The notes beneath the pieces were generated by a model. The model searched no databases. It saw only the letters and a program-made list of their open reading frames with translations, and was not told the DNA's origin. Source: a bacterium (lineage in GTDB: Bacteria; Zhuqueibacterota; Zhuqueibacteria; Residuimicrobiales; Krinioviventaceae). Taken from it: DNA of 64,000 nucleotides. Location of the stretch: NCBI GenBank assembly GCA_963674595.2, contig CAXXFV010000027.1:288001-352000 (forward strand). Reading direction: 5' to 3'. This document shows, one piece after another, positions 1-8,337 of this stretch (its first letter is position 1; the number at the start of each line of letters is the position of its first letter). The position numbers and the translations under genes were made by a program.

Positions 1-358
1 CGACTGAATTTACGATATCCGGATGCGTGGAAAGCCCTTTTCCGGCCAGACAGTTTACTTTTAAACCTACGATATCATCAGGTGAAAACAGAGTTTGCCA
101 AACTTTAATATTTTTAACACCGAACAAATTTTCTACAGCCGTATCCACCATTTTTTTAACGGCATCACCCGACACACTGTTCCCATGAATACGCATATCA
201 CTTCGATGTGAGGTAACAACTTTTGAAGTGTTCTCCCCTTTTTGATGTATTGAAAAATCAGACTGGTTTTGCATACAGTTGGAGCCGGACATCGTTCCCA
301 TAATGCCGGTGCACCCGACACATACTGATCTTAAAAAATGACGTCGATTTATCACCAT
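1..358 (-). CDS. DUF362 domain protein with twin-arginine (Tat) signal; runs off the left edge of the window
   Basis: Not in the ORF track. Manual translation from ATG 358: MVINRRHFLRSVCVGCTG...LFSPDDIVGLKVNCLAGKGLSTHPDIV. NRRHFL is a Tat motif, D-x-V-x-(L/I)-K-x-N...STHP is typical of DUF362, and an AAGGA RBS lies upstream. Confidence 0.75.
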   Translation of the reverse strand, partial: MVINRRHFLRSVCVGCTGIMGTMSGSNCMQNQSDFSIHQKGENTSKVVTSHRSDMRIHGNSVSGDAVKKMVDTAVENLFGVKNIKVWQTLFSPDDIVGLKVNCLAGKGLSTHPDIVNSV

Positions 359-369
359 AGCATTTCCTT

Positions 370-403
370 AAAAAAAAACCGTGACCTTGAACAAGACCAC
401 GGT
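370..403 (-). terminator. Rho-independent terminator downstream of the REC-PAS-GAF gene
   Basis: Minus strand ACCGTGGTCTTG-TT-CAAGGTCACGGT (stem with two G-U pairs) followed by a T run. Confidence 0.7.
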
Positions 404-443
404 AATATATAAATTCATTAAGGAAAAAACAATATAGAACAAT

Positions 444-2576
444 TTATCTTAAAAATCGTTCCACAATTTTTTTAAATCCGCCTCTTTCATAATCAGGCTC
501 ATCATTCATATCCCGAATATCATCCGCTTCGTTTATAAAATCTTCCTGCTCATCAATTCCAAACGGCTCTGGTTGAGGTCTCTGTTCAGGTTCCGGCTCT
601 TCTTCAATAGAAGGTAATGGTGAACGTTGTTTAGCCGGCTGAGAGCTTCCCATTTGTTCTTTTGCCTGTACATACATAACCCGGTTATCAATTGCTATGG
701 CAATTTGGTTTGCCAAAATTTCCAAAGTATGGATCGTATCGGTTGAAGGCAACCGGCTATCCTGAGGATCATCGGCCATCATAAAACCGATTATTTTACC
801 TTCCCGGGATTTTATTGGGACCAGCAAAAGCCCCCAATTCGGCCAACCGTCTTCAAAACGGCTGTTGCTTTCAGCGCCATAGTAAATTCGCTTCATTGGG
901 CGAAGAATGGATTCATCCTGGTTGATAAAATAGGATTTACGCTGTCTGTATTCATCCTTGAGTAAGTCACTGAATTGTTTTAAATCGAAATTCAACTCAC
1001 GGAGCTGATTTTGTTTAATCTTATCATCACATGCAACCGCTTTGGTTTCCAACATTCCGCTGTTTTTACTTATAAGAACAAGAGAAACCAAATTAAACTC
1101 TAAAGAAAATTTAACAGACCAAACAACTTCTTTTAACAATTCGCTTAAACTGAGATATAACTTGAAGATATTGCTTGTTACCAGAATCTGGCGCATACGC
1201 CGAGATTGACGTTCGATATTTGAAAAACGGTAATAATTTTCTACGGCCATTGAAATCATTTTTCCAAACAATTCAAGATTATAAAAAGTGGAACGTGTGG
1301 GATAATGACTTGGTAATGGATCATCCAGAGAAATATAACCAAAAGTATTGTTTTGAGAATCGGTCAAGTTTAACAAAACCAAATCACGTTTATGCCATTT
1401 TGTTAAAGGACGTCGCTGCTGTGTCCTTCTTTCCGGCATATCTGGACGGTCATCAGAGTGGCCATCCCGCTGATCCTGTGAATGGTATATAACCTTGATT
1501 TTAAACCTGTCCGCAAAAATTCTGTTTATAACCTCCTGGGGTACTTCCATTGTCCGTTCATCAACTGTCCCGGACTCGTTAAAACCAACCATTGCCTGTT
1601 TAATGAATACATGTTTTCGCCTATCCAGCAAGGCCACTGTTGATCTTTTAAAGCCAAAAACCTGACTGACAACCTGGGCCATTCGTTTTAACAAAACATT
1701 CAACGGTTCGGAATAGCTCAACTGAATCAGGCTGGTCACTTCGCTGACCATTTTATTTTGATCAATCTGAATTTTTTGTATGGCGGTTTCATCAACTTGT
1801 TTTTTAATAACCAAAATACTTCCGCGGAAACCGATAATTTGGTCCGGTTGAATTTCATCGCGTAAAATTCGCATTCTTAATTCTACAGGAAGGCGTTCAC
1901 CGGTTTTATTAACCAATGTTAAAGTAAATGTATAAGTTGATCTTTTTTCTGTTACATCAAAAACTTTGATAAAAAAATCATCCGCATCCTGCTTTGAGAT
2001 CAAATCAAGAATCGTAAGTTCCAATAATTCATCTTCAGAGTATCGGGTTAATACCTGAAGTTGTTTATTGGCAGACAAAAACCTGCCCCTGCGATCACAA
2101 ATAAAATTACCGGCATCTTTATCCGGAATATAATTTCTAACAGGTTTATCTGTTGATTTCATAAAAGAAGCTGCCTGGGGGACTCCCTTTAAATTTTTTA
2201 TTTTTGGTTTTTCATGCCCGGCAGCGCGTTTAATAGAATTTGACAGGGATGACAAATAACCCTTTTTCTTGATAACAGTATCAAACAAATTATCGCCTGA
2301 TGACTGTAGGACACTATCAGATTCATTTTCATTAATTGTCAGAATGATTGGAAGATCTTGCGCCATTGATTCGAGACGGGAAAAGAATAGATCAAAGTCC
2401 CCTTCTGCAAGTTCACTGTCTAGAACAATTACGTCATAGCTGTTTCGTTCTATGCGTTGCTCTATTTCATCTATAGACGTTGCTCCATCCGGTTGGTACT
2501 CTGTATTTTGAGCACGCAACATCTGTTTGGTTGCTTCCAAATAAGAAATATTTGGGTGTGCAATTAATATTTTCAT
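444..2576 (-). CDS. Signalling protein: receiver (REC) + PAS + two GAF domains, acidic tail, no recognisable output domain
   Basis: N-terminus MKILIA...YDVIVLD is REC-like; DRRGRFLSANKQLQVLTRYSEDEL is PAS-like; LLVPIKSREGKIIGFM...LEILANQIAIAIDN is GAF-like. Confidence 0.75.
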   Translation of the reverse strand: MKILIAHPNISYLEATKQMLRAQNTEYQPDGATSIDEIEQRIERNSYDVIVLDSELAEGDFDLFFSRLESMAQDLPIILTINENESDSVLQSSGDNLFDTVIKKKGYLSSLSNSIKRAAGHEKPKIKNLKGVPQAASFMKSTDKPVRNYIPDKDAGNFICDRRGRFLSANKQLQVLTRYSEDELLELTILDLISKQDADDFFIKVFDVTEKRSTYTFTLTLVNKTGERLPVELRMRILRDEIQPDQIIGFRGSILVIKKQVDETAIQKIQIDQNKMVSEVTSLIQLSYSEPLNVLLKRMAQVVSQVFGFKRSTVALLDRRKHVFIKQAMVGFNESGTVDERTMEVPQEVINRIFADRFKIKVIYHSQDQRDGHSDDRPDMPERRTQQRRPLTKWHKRDLVLLNLTDSQNNTFGYISLDDPLPSHYPTRSTFYNLELFGKMISMAVENYYRFSNIERQSRRMRQILVTSNIFKLYLSLSELLKEVVWSVKFSLEFNLVSLVLISKNSGMLETKAVACDDKIKQNQLRELNFDLKQFSDLLKDEYRQRKSYFINQDESILRPMKRIYYGAESNSRFEDGWPNWGLLLVPIKSREGKIIGFMMADDPQDSRLPSTDTIHTLEILANQIAIAIDNRVMYVQAKEQMGSSQPAKQRSPLPSIEEEPEPEQRPQPEPFGIDEQEDFINEADDIRDMNDEPDYERGGFKKIVERFLR

Positions 2577-2633
2577 TTATCAACCTCTCCCTTAACCCAA
2601 CACCACATCAGAGAACATATAAAATTTCAGTTT

Positions 2634-2662
2634 AATTAAGTAATTTTTGCCAAAAATGTCAA
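2634..2662 (-). promoter_or_regulatory. Putative sigma70 promoter of the REC-PAS-GAF gene, with a palindrome in the spacer
   Basis: Minus strand TTGACA (2662-2657), 17 nt, then TTAATT. Palindrome ATTTTTG-C-CAAAAAT at 2643-2657. Confidence 0.4.
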
Positions 2663-2787
2663 GATTTAAATACCACAAATAAATTTATATGACTCACCAA
2701 TTAAATTTTGCTGCAAAATAAATACCAAAATAAGAAAATTTTTATCTCAATTCAACGACAATTGATAACAAATTAATATACAACAAG

Positions 2788-4101
2788 TTAAACATTACTT
2801 GGCACAACATAAGGTTTTCGATAATTGCGCTTTAGCATGTCATTGGCCTCATCATCACTTACAAATCGTTCACTGGATGGGTCAAATTGTAATTGACGTT
2901 GTAAACGATAAGAAATATTTCCCAGATGAGCCAAAGCAGAAGACAAATGAGCCGTTTCAACAGGTCCATTCAAGATTGATTTATCATGGGCCCTTACAGC
3001 TTTTATAAAATTAGCAAAATGATCGCCGCCTTCTTTACGGCTTGGGCCAGGTTCATATTTTTCACGTCCAACACTGATAAAAGTTTCATAAGAACTATAA
3101 CCTTTTACAAGCATATAACCTTTACTGCCGTAAAATATGTTACCAGTTTTAACGCCGTCTTCATAATTTGTGTTCCAGTGTCGAACTTCAAACTGTATCA
3201 TTTTCTTTTGTTTGGGATAATTATAAACAGATGTTAGAACTTCGGGGGTTTCTTTACAATCATCCCATAAAAATTTTCCACCCATTGCCGTTACCTGTTC
3301 AGGCAGCCCGACATCCAGTCCCCACATACACATATCTGTTTCATGTATACCCTGGTTTCCGACGTCTCCGTTGCCAAAATCCCAATGCCAGTGCCAATTG
3401 TAATGGACCAGATTACGGGTAAAAGGCCTTTCCTGCGCCGGACCCAGCCACAAATCATAATTCAGTCCTTCAGGGACCGGTTCAAATCCTTTATCTCCAA
3501 TATCAGGACGCCAGCGAAAAACCAATCCACGGGCCATATAAACATCACCAATAATGCCGTTACGCAATTGCTGAACAGCTTCCTGTAAAGCGGCAGAGCT
3601 GCGTAATTGCACACCGTGCTGTACAATTCGATCGTATTTTGTGGCAGCTTCAACCATTTTCCGGCCTTCCCAAATGTTATGGGATCCGGGTTTTTCTACA
3701 TAAACATCTTTACCGGCCTGGCAGGCCCATATTGTTGCTAATGCATGCCAATGATTTGTTGTTGCAATACTTACAACATCTATATCTTTATCTTCATATA
3801 CTTTTCTAAGGTCTTGTTCCAGTTTTACTTTTTTATCATATTTTTCTTTAAATTCAGTTTCACGTTTTTTTAAAACCATTAAATCAGGATCACATAGCGT
3901 GACGACGTTAACATTCTCCAAATTCATGTATCCCTTTACATGATTATTTCCGCGTCCGTTTAATCCCAAAACCGCAACATTGATTCTGTCATTTGCGCCT
4001 TTTGCAGATGCCGGTAAAATCATTGGAGCTGTAACAGAAGCCGCTGCAACAACACCTGCTGATTCTTTCATAAAAGTCCTACGTGAAATTGTTTGATCCA
4101 T
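2788..4101 (-). CDS. Tat-exported Gfo/Idh/MocA family oxidoreductase
   Basis: SRRTFMK Tat motif, Rossmann motif VAVLGLNGRG, GKDVYVEKP family motif. Confidence 0.9.
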   Translation of the reverse strand: MDQTISRRTFMKESAGVVAAASVTAPMILPASAKGANDRINVAVLGLNGRGNNHVKGYMNLENVNVVTLCDPDLMVLKKRETEFKEKYDKKVKLEQDLRKVYEDKDIDVVSIATTNHWHALATIWACQAGKDVYVEKPGSHNIWEGRKMVEAATKYDRIVQHGVQLRSSAALQEAVQQLRNGIIGDVYMARGLVFRWRPDIGDKGFEPVPEGLNYDLWLGPAQERPFTRNLVHYNWHWHWDFGNGDVGNQGIHETDMCMWGLDVGLPEQVTAMGGKFLWDDCKETPEVLTSVYNYPKQKKMIQFEVRHWNTNYEDGVKTGNIFYGSKGYMLVKGYSSYETFISVGREKYEPGPSRKEGGDHFANFIKAVRAHDKSILNGPVETAHLSSALAHLGNISYRLQRQLQFDPSSERFVSDDEANDMLKRNYRKPYVVPSNV

Positions 4102-4389
4102 TATTTCGACCTCATTTGCTACGCTGGTTTATTCTTTTATTATCAATTAGCTGGTATTCTTTTTATAAGGATATATTTTACATCTGTCATATTCAAGTAG
4201 AAACAAAAAAGAAAAACTGCGTAAATAAAAATGAAACAACACATTTAAGAAAAATGCAAAAGACGACAAACGTTTAAAACTTGCTTTTTAGATTAAAATT
4301 CATTACTCTAATAGGCTACCCTCAAATTTGATATTTCTTTACAGGAGATTAATTAATGTAGAATTAATATACTTTTAAGGAGGAAAATA

Positions 4390-6183
4390 TTGATCCTAAA
4401 AAACAAGATAAATGATTTGTTTTCAATTTGCCCCACTGTTAAAACCCTGCTATGTGATGCCGATTATCCAAAAACAGCACGACATTTTTTATTAAAATAT
4501 TTAGATGAATTCGCCTATCTTATAAATAAAAACATCAGAGAGATTCAACCTCTTGAATGGGAACTTCAGATGACGTGTATTGAAACCCTCAAGAGGATTT
4601 TTTCTGTACGCAGTGAACGATTGTCTAAATTTAGTTCTATCCGGTTGTTATGGCTGTTAGCACATGAGAAATATGATGAATTGCCGGATAATTTCAACGA
4701 AGGTTTTCTAAACGAAATGTATTATTTATTCCTGGGTATGCAGGGTAAAAGCGGGATTTATGACCAGGAACCCTACCCGGAATTTGCCAAACTTCATGGC
4801 AGAGAAGCAGCTAAAGTCCGTTCCGACCAACTGGATGAAATGGCTTTAAAGTCTCATGAATATATGAAAAGATACCCAACCGGATTGGACCCTCAAGTAA
4901 AACAAAAACGATTACAAAACCAGGAACGGATTCGAAAAGCATTTAATGCAACAGTTGAAGAATGGAATGATTATCTTTGGCAGATTCGTCATGTGATTCG
5001 GAACTCGGAAACACTTGTAAACCTAATCGACCTTACTCCTGAAGAAGTACAAGCTATTGACCGGGCCCGTTCAAACAAACTTCCATTTGGCATAACACCT
5101 TATTATGTTTCGCTTATGGACAAAGAACCGGACAGAAAAAACGACCATGCCATAAGGGCACAAGTTATTCCTCCCTTGAATTATGTTGAAAAAATGCTTT
5201 CTACACGAAACGATCCGACCTATTGTTTTGATTTTATGCTGGAAAATGATACCTCCCCCATTGACCTTATTACACGTCGTTATCCTATGATTACCATATT
5301 AAAACCCTATAACACGTGCAGTCAAATTTGTGTCTATTGTCAGCGAAATTGGGAAATCGACGATGTTCTTCAACCACAGGCGCTGGCAACACAAGATAAA
5401 ATAGATAAAGCCGTTCAATGGTTAAAAGACCATCCAGCAGTCACCGAAGTTCTGATTACCGGCGGCGATCCCCTGGTTATGCAGGATAAAATGATAGACA
5501 GTATATTAGAAAAAGTTGCAAAAATAGACCATGTTGAAAGAATCCGAATTGGTTCTCGCGTGCCGGTCGTTCTACCGCAACGAATAACTGACAACCTTAT
5601 GGAAATTATTGCCAAATACCACGAACCCGGACGCAGAGAGGTTGTACTTGTTACCCATTTTAGCCATCCATACGAAGTGACTCCGGAATCCATGCAAGCT
5701 GTTCAAAAATTTAAAACAAAAGGAATATCCGTTTATAATCAAGCTGTTTTTACAACAGAAAACAGCCGCAGATTTGAACTGGTTGCTCTGAGAAGAATTT
5801 TACGATTGATTGGTGTAGATCCCTATTACACATTTAATACAAAAGGAAAAGAAGAAACCAAAAGTTACCGGGTTCCATTAGCACGTTTACAACAGGAAAT
5901 TAAAGAAGAGGCCCGTTTAATACCTGGAATTATGCGAACGGATGAAGCCGTTTACAATGTACCAAAACTTGGTAAAAACTATATAAGAGCACAACAACAT
6001 CACAGTTTAATTACAATTTTGGCAAATGGCCGGCGCGTCTACGAGTTTCATCCCTGGGAAAAAAATCTGTCCCTGGCAAGCACTTATATTGACACTGATG
6101 TTTCAATCACTGAATATTTGCTGGAGTTGAAGCAAAGAGGAGAAAACACACAAGATTATTCAACCATCTGGTATTATTTCTAG
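4390..6183 (+). CDS. KamA-family (lysine 2,3-aminomutase-like) radical SAM protein, long form
   Basis: ITPYY, RRYP, CSQICVYCQR (CxxxCxxC), EVLITGGDPL, RIRIGSRVPVVLPQRIT. TTG start with AAGGAGG RBS. Confidence 0.85.
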   Translation: MILKNKINDLFSICPTVKTLLCDADYPKTARHFLLKYLDEFAYLINKNIREIQPLEWELQMTCIETLKRIFSVRSERLSKFSSIRLLWLLAHEKYDELPDNFNEGFLNEMYYLFLGMQGKSGIYDQEPYPEFAKLHGREAAKVRSDQLDEMALKSHEYMKRYPTGLDPQVKQKRLQNQERIRKAFNATVEEWNDYLWQIRHVIRNSETLVNLIDLTPEEVQAIDRARSNKLPFGITPYYVSLMDKEPDRKNDHAIRAQVIPPLNYVEKMLSTRNDPTYCFDFMLENDTSPIDLITRRYPMITILKPYNTCSQICVYCQRNWEIDDVLQPQALATQDKIDKAVQWLKDHPAVTEVLITGGDPLVMQDKMIDSILEKVAKIDHVERIRIGSRVPVVLPQRITDNLMEIIAKYHEPGRREVVLVTHFSHPYEVTPESMQAVQKFKTKGISVYNQAVFTTENSRRFELVALRRILRLIGVDPYYTFNTKGKEETKSYRVPLARLQQEIKEEARLIPGIMRTDEAVYNVPKLGKNYIRAQQHHSLITILANGRRVYEFHPWEKNLSLASTYIDTDVSITEYLLELKQRGENTQDYSTIWYYF

Positions 6184-6233
6184 TGACAATCGGGATGATT
6201 TCAGTCATTCCTCTATCTGGTTTAAAAAAATTA

Positions 6234-6279
6234 AATCGTGACATGAATCACCGTTAAACACATAAAATCACAGTATTAT
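6234..6279 (+). promoter_or_regulatory. CRP/FNR-type box (GTGA-N6-TCAC) plus -10 element in class II geometry
   Basis: aatCGTGAcatgaaTCACCgtt at 6234-6255. TATTAT at 6274-6279 places the box centre at -41.5. Confidence 0.5.
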
Positions 6280-6434
6280 AAAGTGTAAATATCTGAAACA
6301 CTCTTTCAACATAGTACAACAATTGAATATGAGCTAAAAGATATTCATTGTAAATAAAGGACTTACAACAACAAAACATGGCATTATTTTTGTGAAATTT
6401 AATCAAAAATATAATGCCGGTATCGGAGGTTAAC

Positions 6435-7607
6435 ATGAAGATATTTTCACGAATATATACAAGCATTTTAACGGTGCTAGTGCTTCTGACACCACTTTCA
6501 GCCCAAACTGATGTGTCGATTACAGCACAATTAACAAATCCTGATATAAAAATGTTTATGATCAGTGATTTTAATTTTACCGGTAAAAGCACAATCACAT
6601 CTGAAGTATTTCAAATAACGATTTTAAATAATAATCCAACACAGGCACAACAATGTGTCTTAAAGCTGTCAATACGTTCCGAAAATGAAGGCGAATTGGC
6701 GTCCGGAATTACCAACCCATTTACTCTTGAACCGCTTGAATCAATTATAGTAACAAACAGAAATTTATTCACCAAAGTCGATGAACGGTTTACTCTTGAA
6801 GATTATAACATTGAAGAGTCCGGGTCGGAACTTGTGGACAAAATACTGGCTACCGGCAAGCTGCCTTCAGACAGGTATTTTTTTGAATTTAACCTGACAT
6901 TTGGGGCAAATATTAACCAGATGCCGTTATACGATACACATGCCCAGGTCAGCATTGATGTTACAAATCCTACGATAATTGATTTGATTTTACCCGGTTC
7001 CACACCAGAAGACCTGACTTCAATTTATACCACCCTCCCGCTTTTTCGCTGGGAATCAAACATGGACCGGTTCCGTCTCGTTGTGGCTGAATATTTACCA
7101 GACCAACATACCGGTGCCAGCCCTGAACAAATTATAAATGACCGTATTTTATTGCAGGTAGATTTAAAACTGGACACATCACCAGGCGCCGTACCCGGGA
7201 CTTTGACGGATGAGAATGAAACTATCATTACATCTACAAATTACCAATATCCGTCTGCCGGTGTTTTGCCGTTACAGGAAGGTCATACCTACTACTGGCA
7301 GGTTATAGGAACAGTTATCACCTCAGGATCGCCTGTAGAGTTACCCAGTGAAATATGGGCGTTTCAGATTAAGGGCGGAGGAGATGTTATCCTCGATCCT
7401 GAAATTCAACAACTTTTAGACGAATTAAACATAACCCTCAGCGATATGATGGAGCAATTAATGGGCGCTGAAGGCGAATTATTCGGTTTTAGTCCGACAG
7501 GAGCAGTTCTATTGAACGGAAGCACATTAACGGTTGCTCAACTTAAGGAGATACTGTTAAAAATACGAAACGGAGAATACAGTATCATAAGCTCAGAAGT
7601 ACGATAG
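6435..7607 (+). CDS. Secreted hypothetical protein with Ig/Fn3-like beta-rich segment; first gene of the FecR-OMP-cyclase operon
   Basis: GGAGG RBS at 6425-6429 favours ATG 6435 over 6414. Sec signal MKIFSRIYTSILTVLVLLTPLSA; PLFRWE and GHTYYWQV...SEIWAF look Fn3-like. Confidence 0.75.
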   Translation: MKIFSRIYTSILTVLVLLTPLSAQTDVSITAQLTNPDIKMFMISDFNFTGKSTITSEVFQITILNNNPTQAQQCVLKLSIRSENEGELASGITNPFTLEPLESIIVTNRNLFTKVDERFTLEDYNIEESGSELVDKILATGKLPSDRYFFEFNLTFGANINQMPLYDTHAQVSIDVTNPTIIDLILPGSTPEDLTSIYTTLPLFRWESNMDRFRLVVAEYLPDQHTGASPEQIINDRILLQVDLKLDTSPGAVPGTLTDENETIITSTNYQYPSAGVLPLQEGHTYYWQVIGTVITSGSPVELPSEIWAFQIKGGGDVILDPEIQQLLDELNITLSDMMEQLMGAEGELFGFSPTGAVLLNGSTLTVAQLKEILLKIRNGEYSIISSEVR

Positions 7608-7642
7608 AACAAACCTATAACTAAAAAAGAAAGGCTAAAGCC

Positions 7643-8326
7643 ATGTTTAAAATAAAATTTAAAAGTCTTATAGTGTTTCTTGCTATATTTATATTGAGCA
7701 CACAAACAGCAACAACCGCATCCAGAGATATTGCTCTGGTTTTAAAAATAAAAGGTGATGCTGAAATAAAATCAACAGCACACGACTGGTTATCCTTAAA
7801 ACGAGGCAGACGTTTACAAAGCGGCGATAAAATTCGTACGGGGCAAAATTCCATGGTTGCTCTTGTTTTTAATGATGATAAAAGTATGATGAAAATACGT
7901 TCGGATTCTGAAGTCACCATAAAAGGCGAGCGTAAAAAAAGAGGCATAGCCAAAAAACTTTTCATGAACCTTGGCGGCTTATGGGCAAAAGTGACACCCA
8001 AGGGTGCTGGTTTTACCTTGGAAACCCCATCCGGAGTTGCCGCTGTTAAAGGAACAGAGTTTTATGGTTTGTTGGATTCCGATGGCGTTTTTACTATTAT
8101 CGGCATTACCGGTATTGTGGAATTGTTTAATGAACTCGGCACAATACTGGTAGAAAAAGGTATGACAGGGACTTCGCCCAAAGGTCAGGAACCATCTTTA
8201 TCAGGAACAGATAGCTTTGACGATTGGGCAAATCAAAACCTGGATGAAAATGAGCTTAATATAGAATTTGAGAACGCAGACGGTTCAAAAAAGCAACTTT
8301 ATATAAAATATCGTAAAGAAGAATAA
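7643..8326 (+). CDS. Stand-alone periplasmic FecR-domain protein
   Basis: Signal peptide, then LQSGDKIRTG...ETPSGVAAVKGTEF, characteristic of the FecR domain. No cytoplasmic anti-sigma N-terminus. Confidence 0.85.
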   Translation: MFKIKFKSLIVFLAIFILSTQTATTASRDIALVLKIKGDAEIKSTAHDWLSLKRGRRLQSGDKIRTGQNSMVALVFNDDKSMMKIRSDSEVTIKGERKKRGIAKKLFMNLGGLWAKVTPKGAGFTLETPSGVAAVKGTEFYGLLDSDGVFTIIGITGIVELFNELGTILVEKGMTGTSPKGQEPSLSGTDSFDDWANQNLDENELNIEFENADGSKKQLYIKYRKEE

Positions 8327-8337
8327 TGGAGTTTTAA

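Noticed and set aside
6391-6407. Second CRP-like site TGTGA-aatttaa-TCAAA
   Set aside because: The spacer is 7 nt rather than 6 and the right half-site is imperfect.
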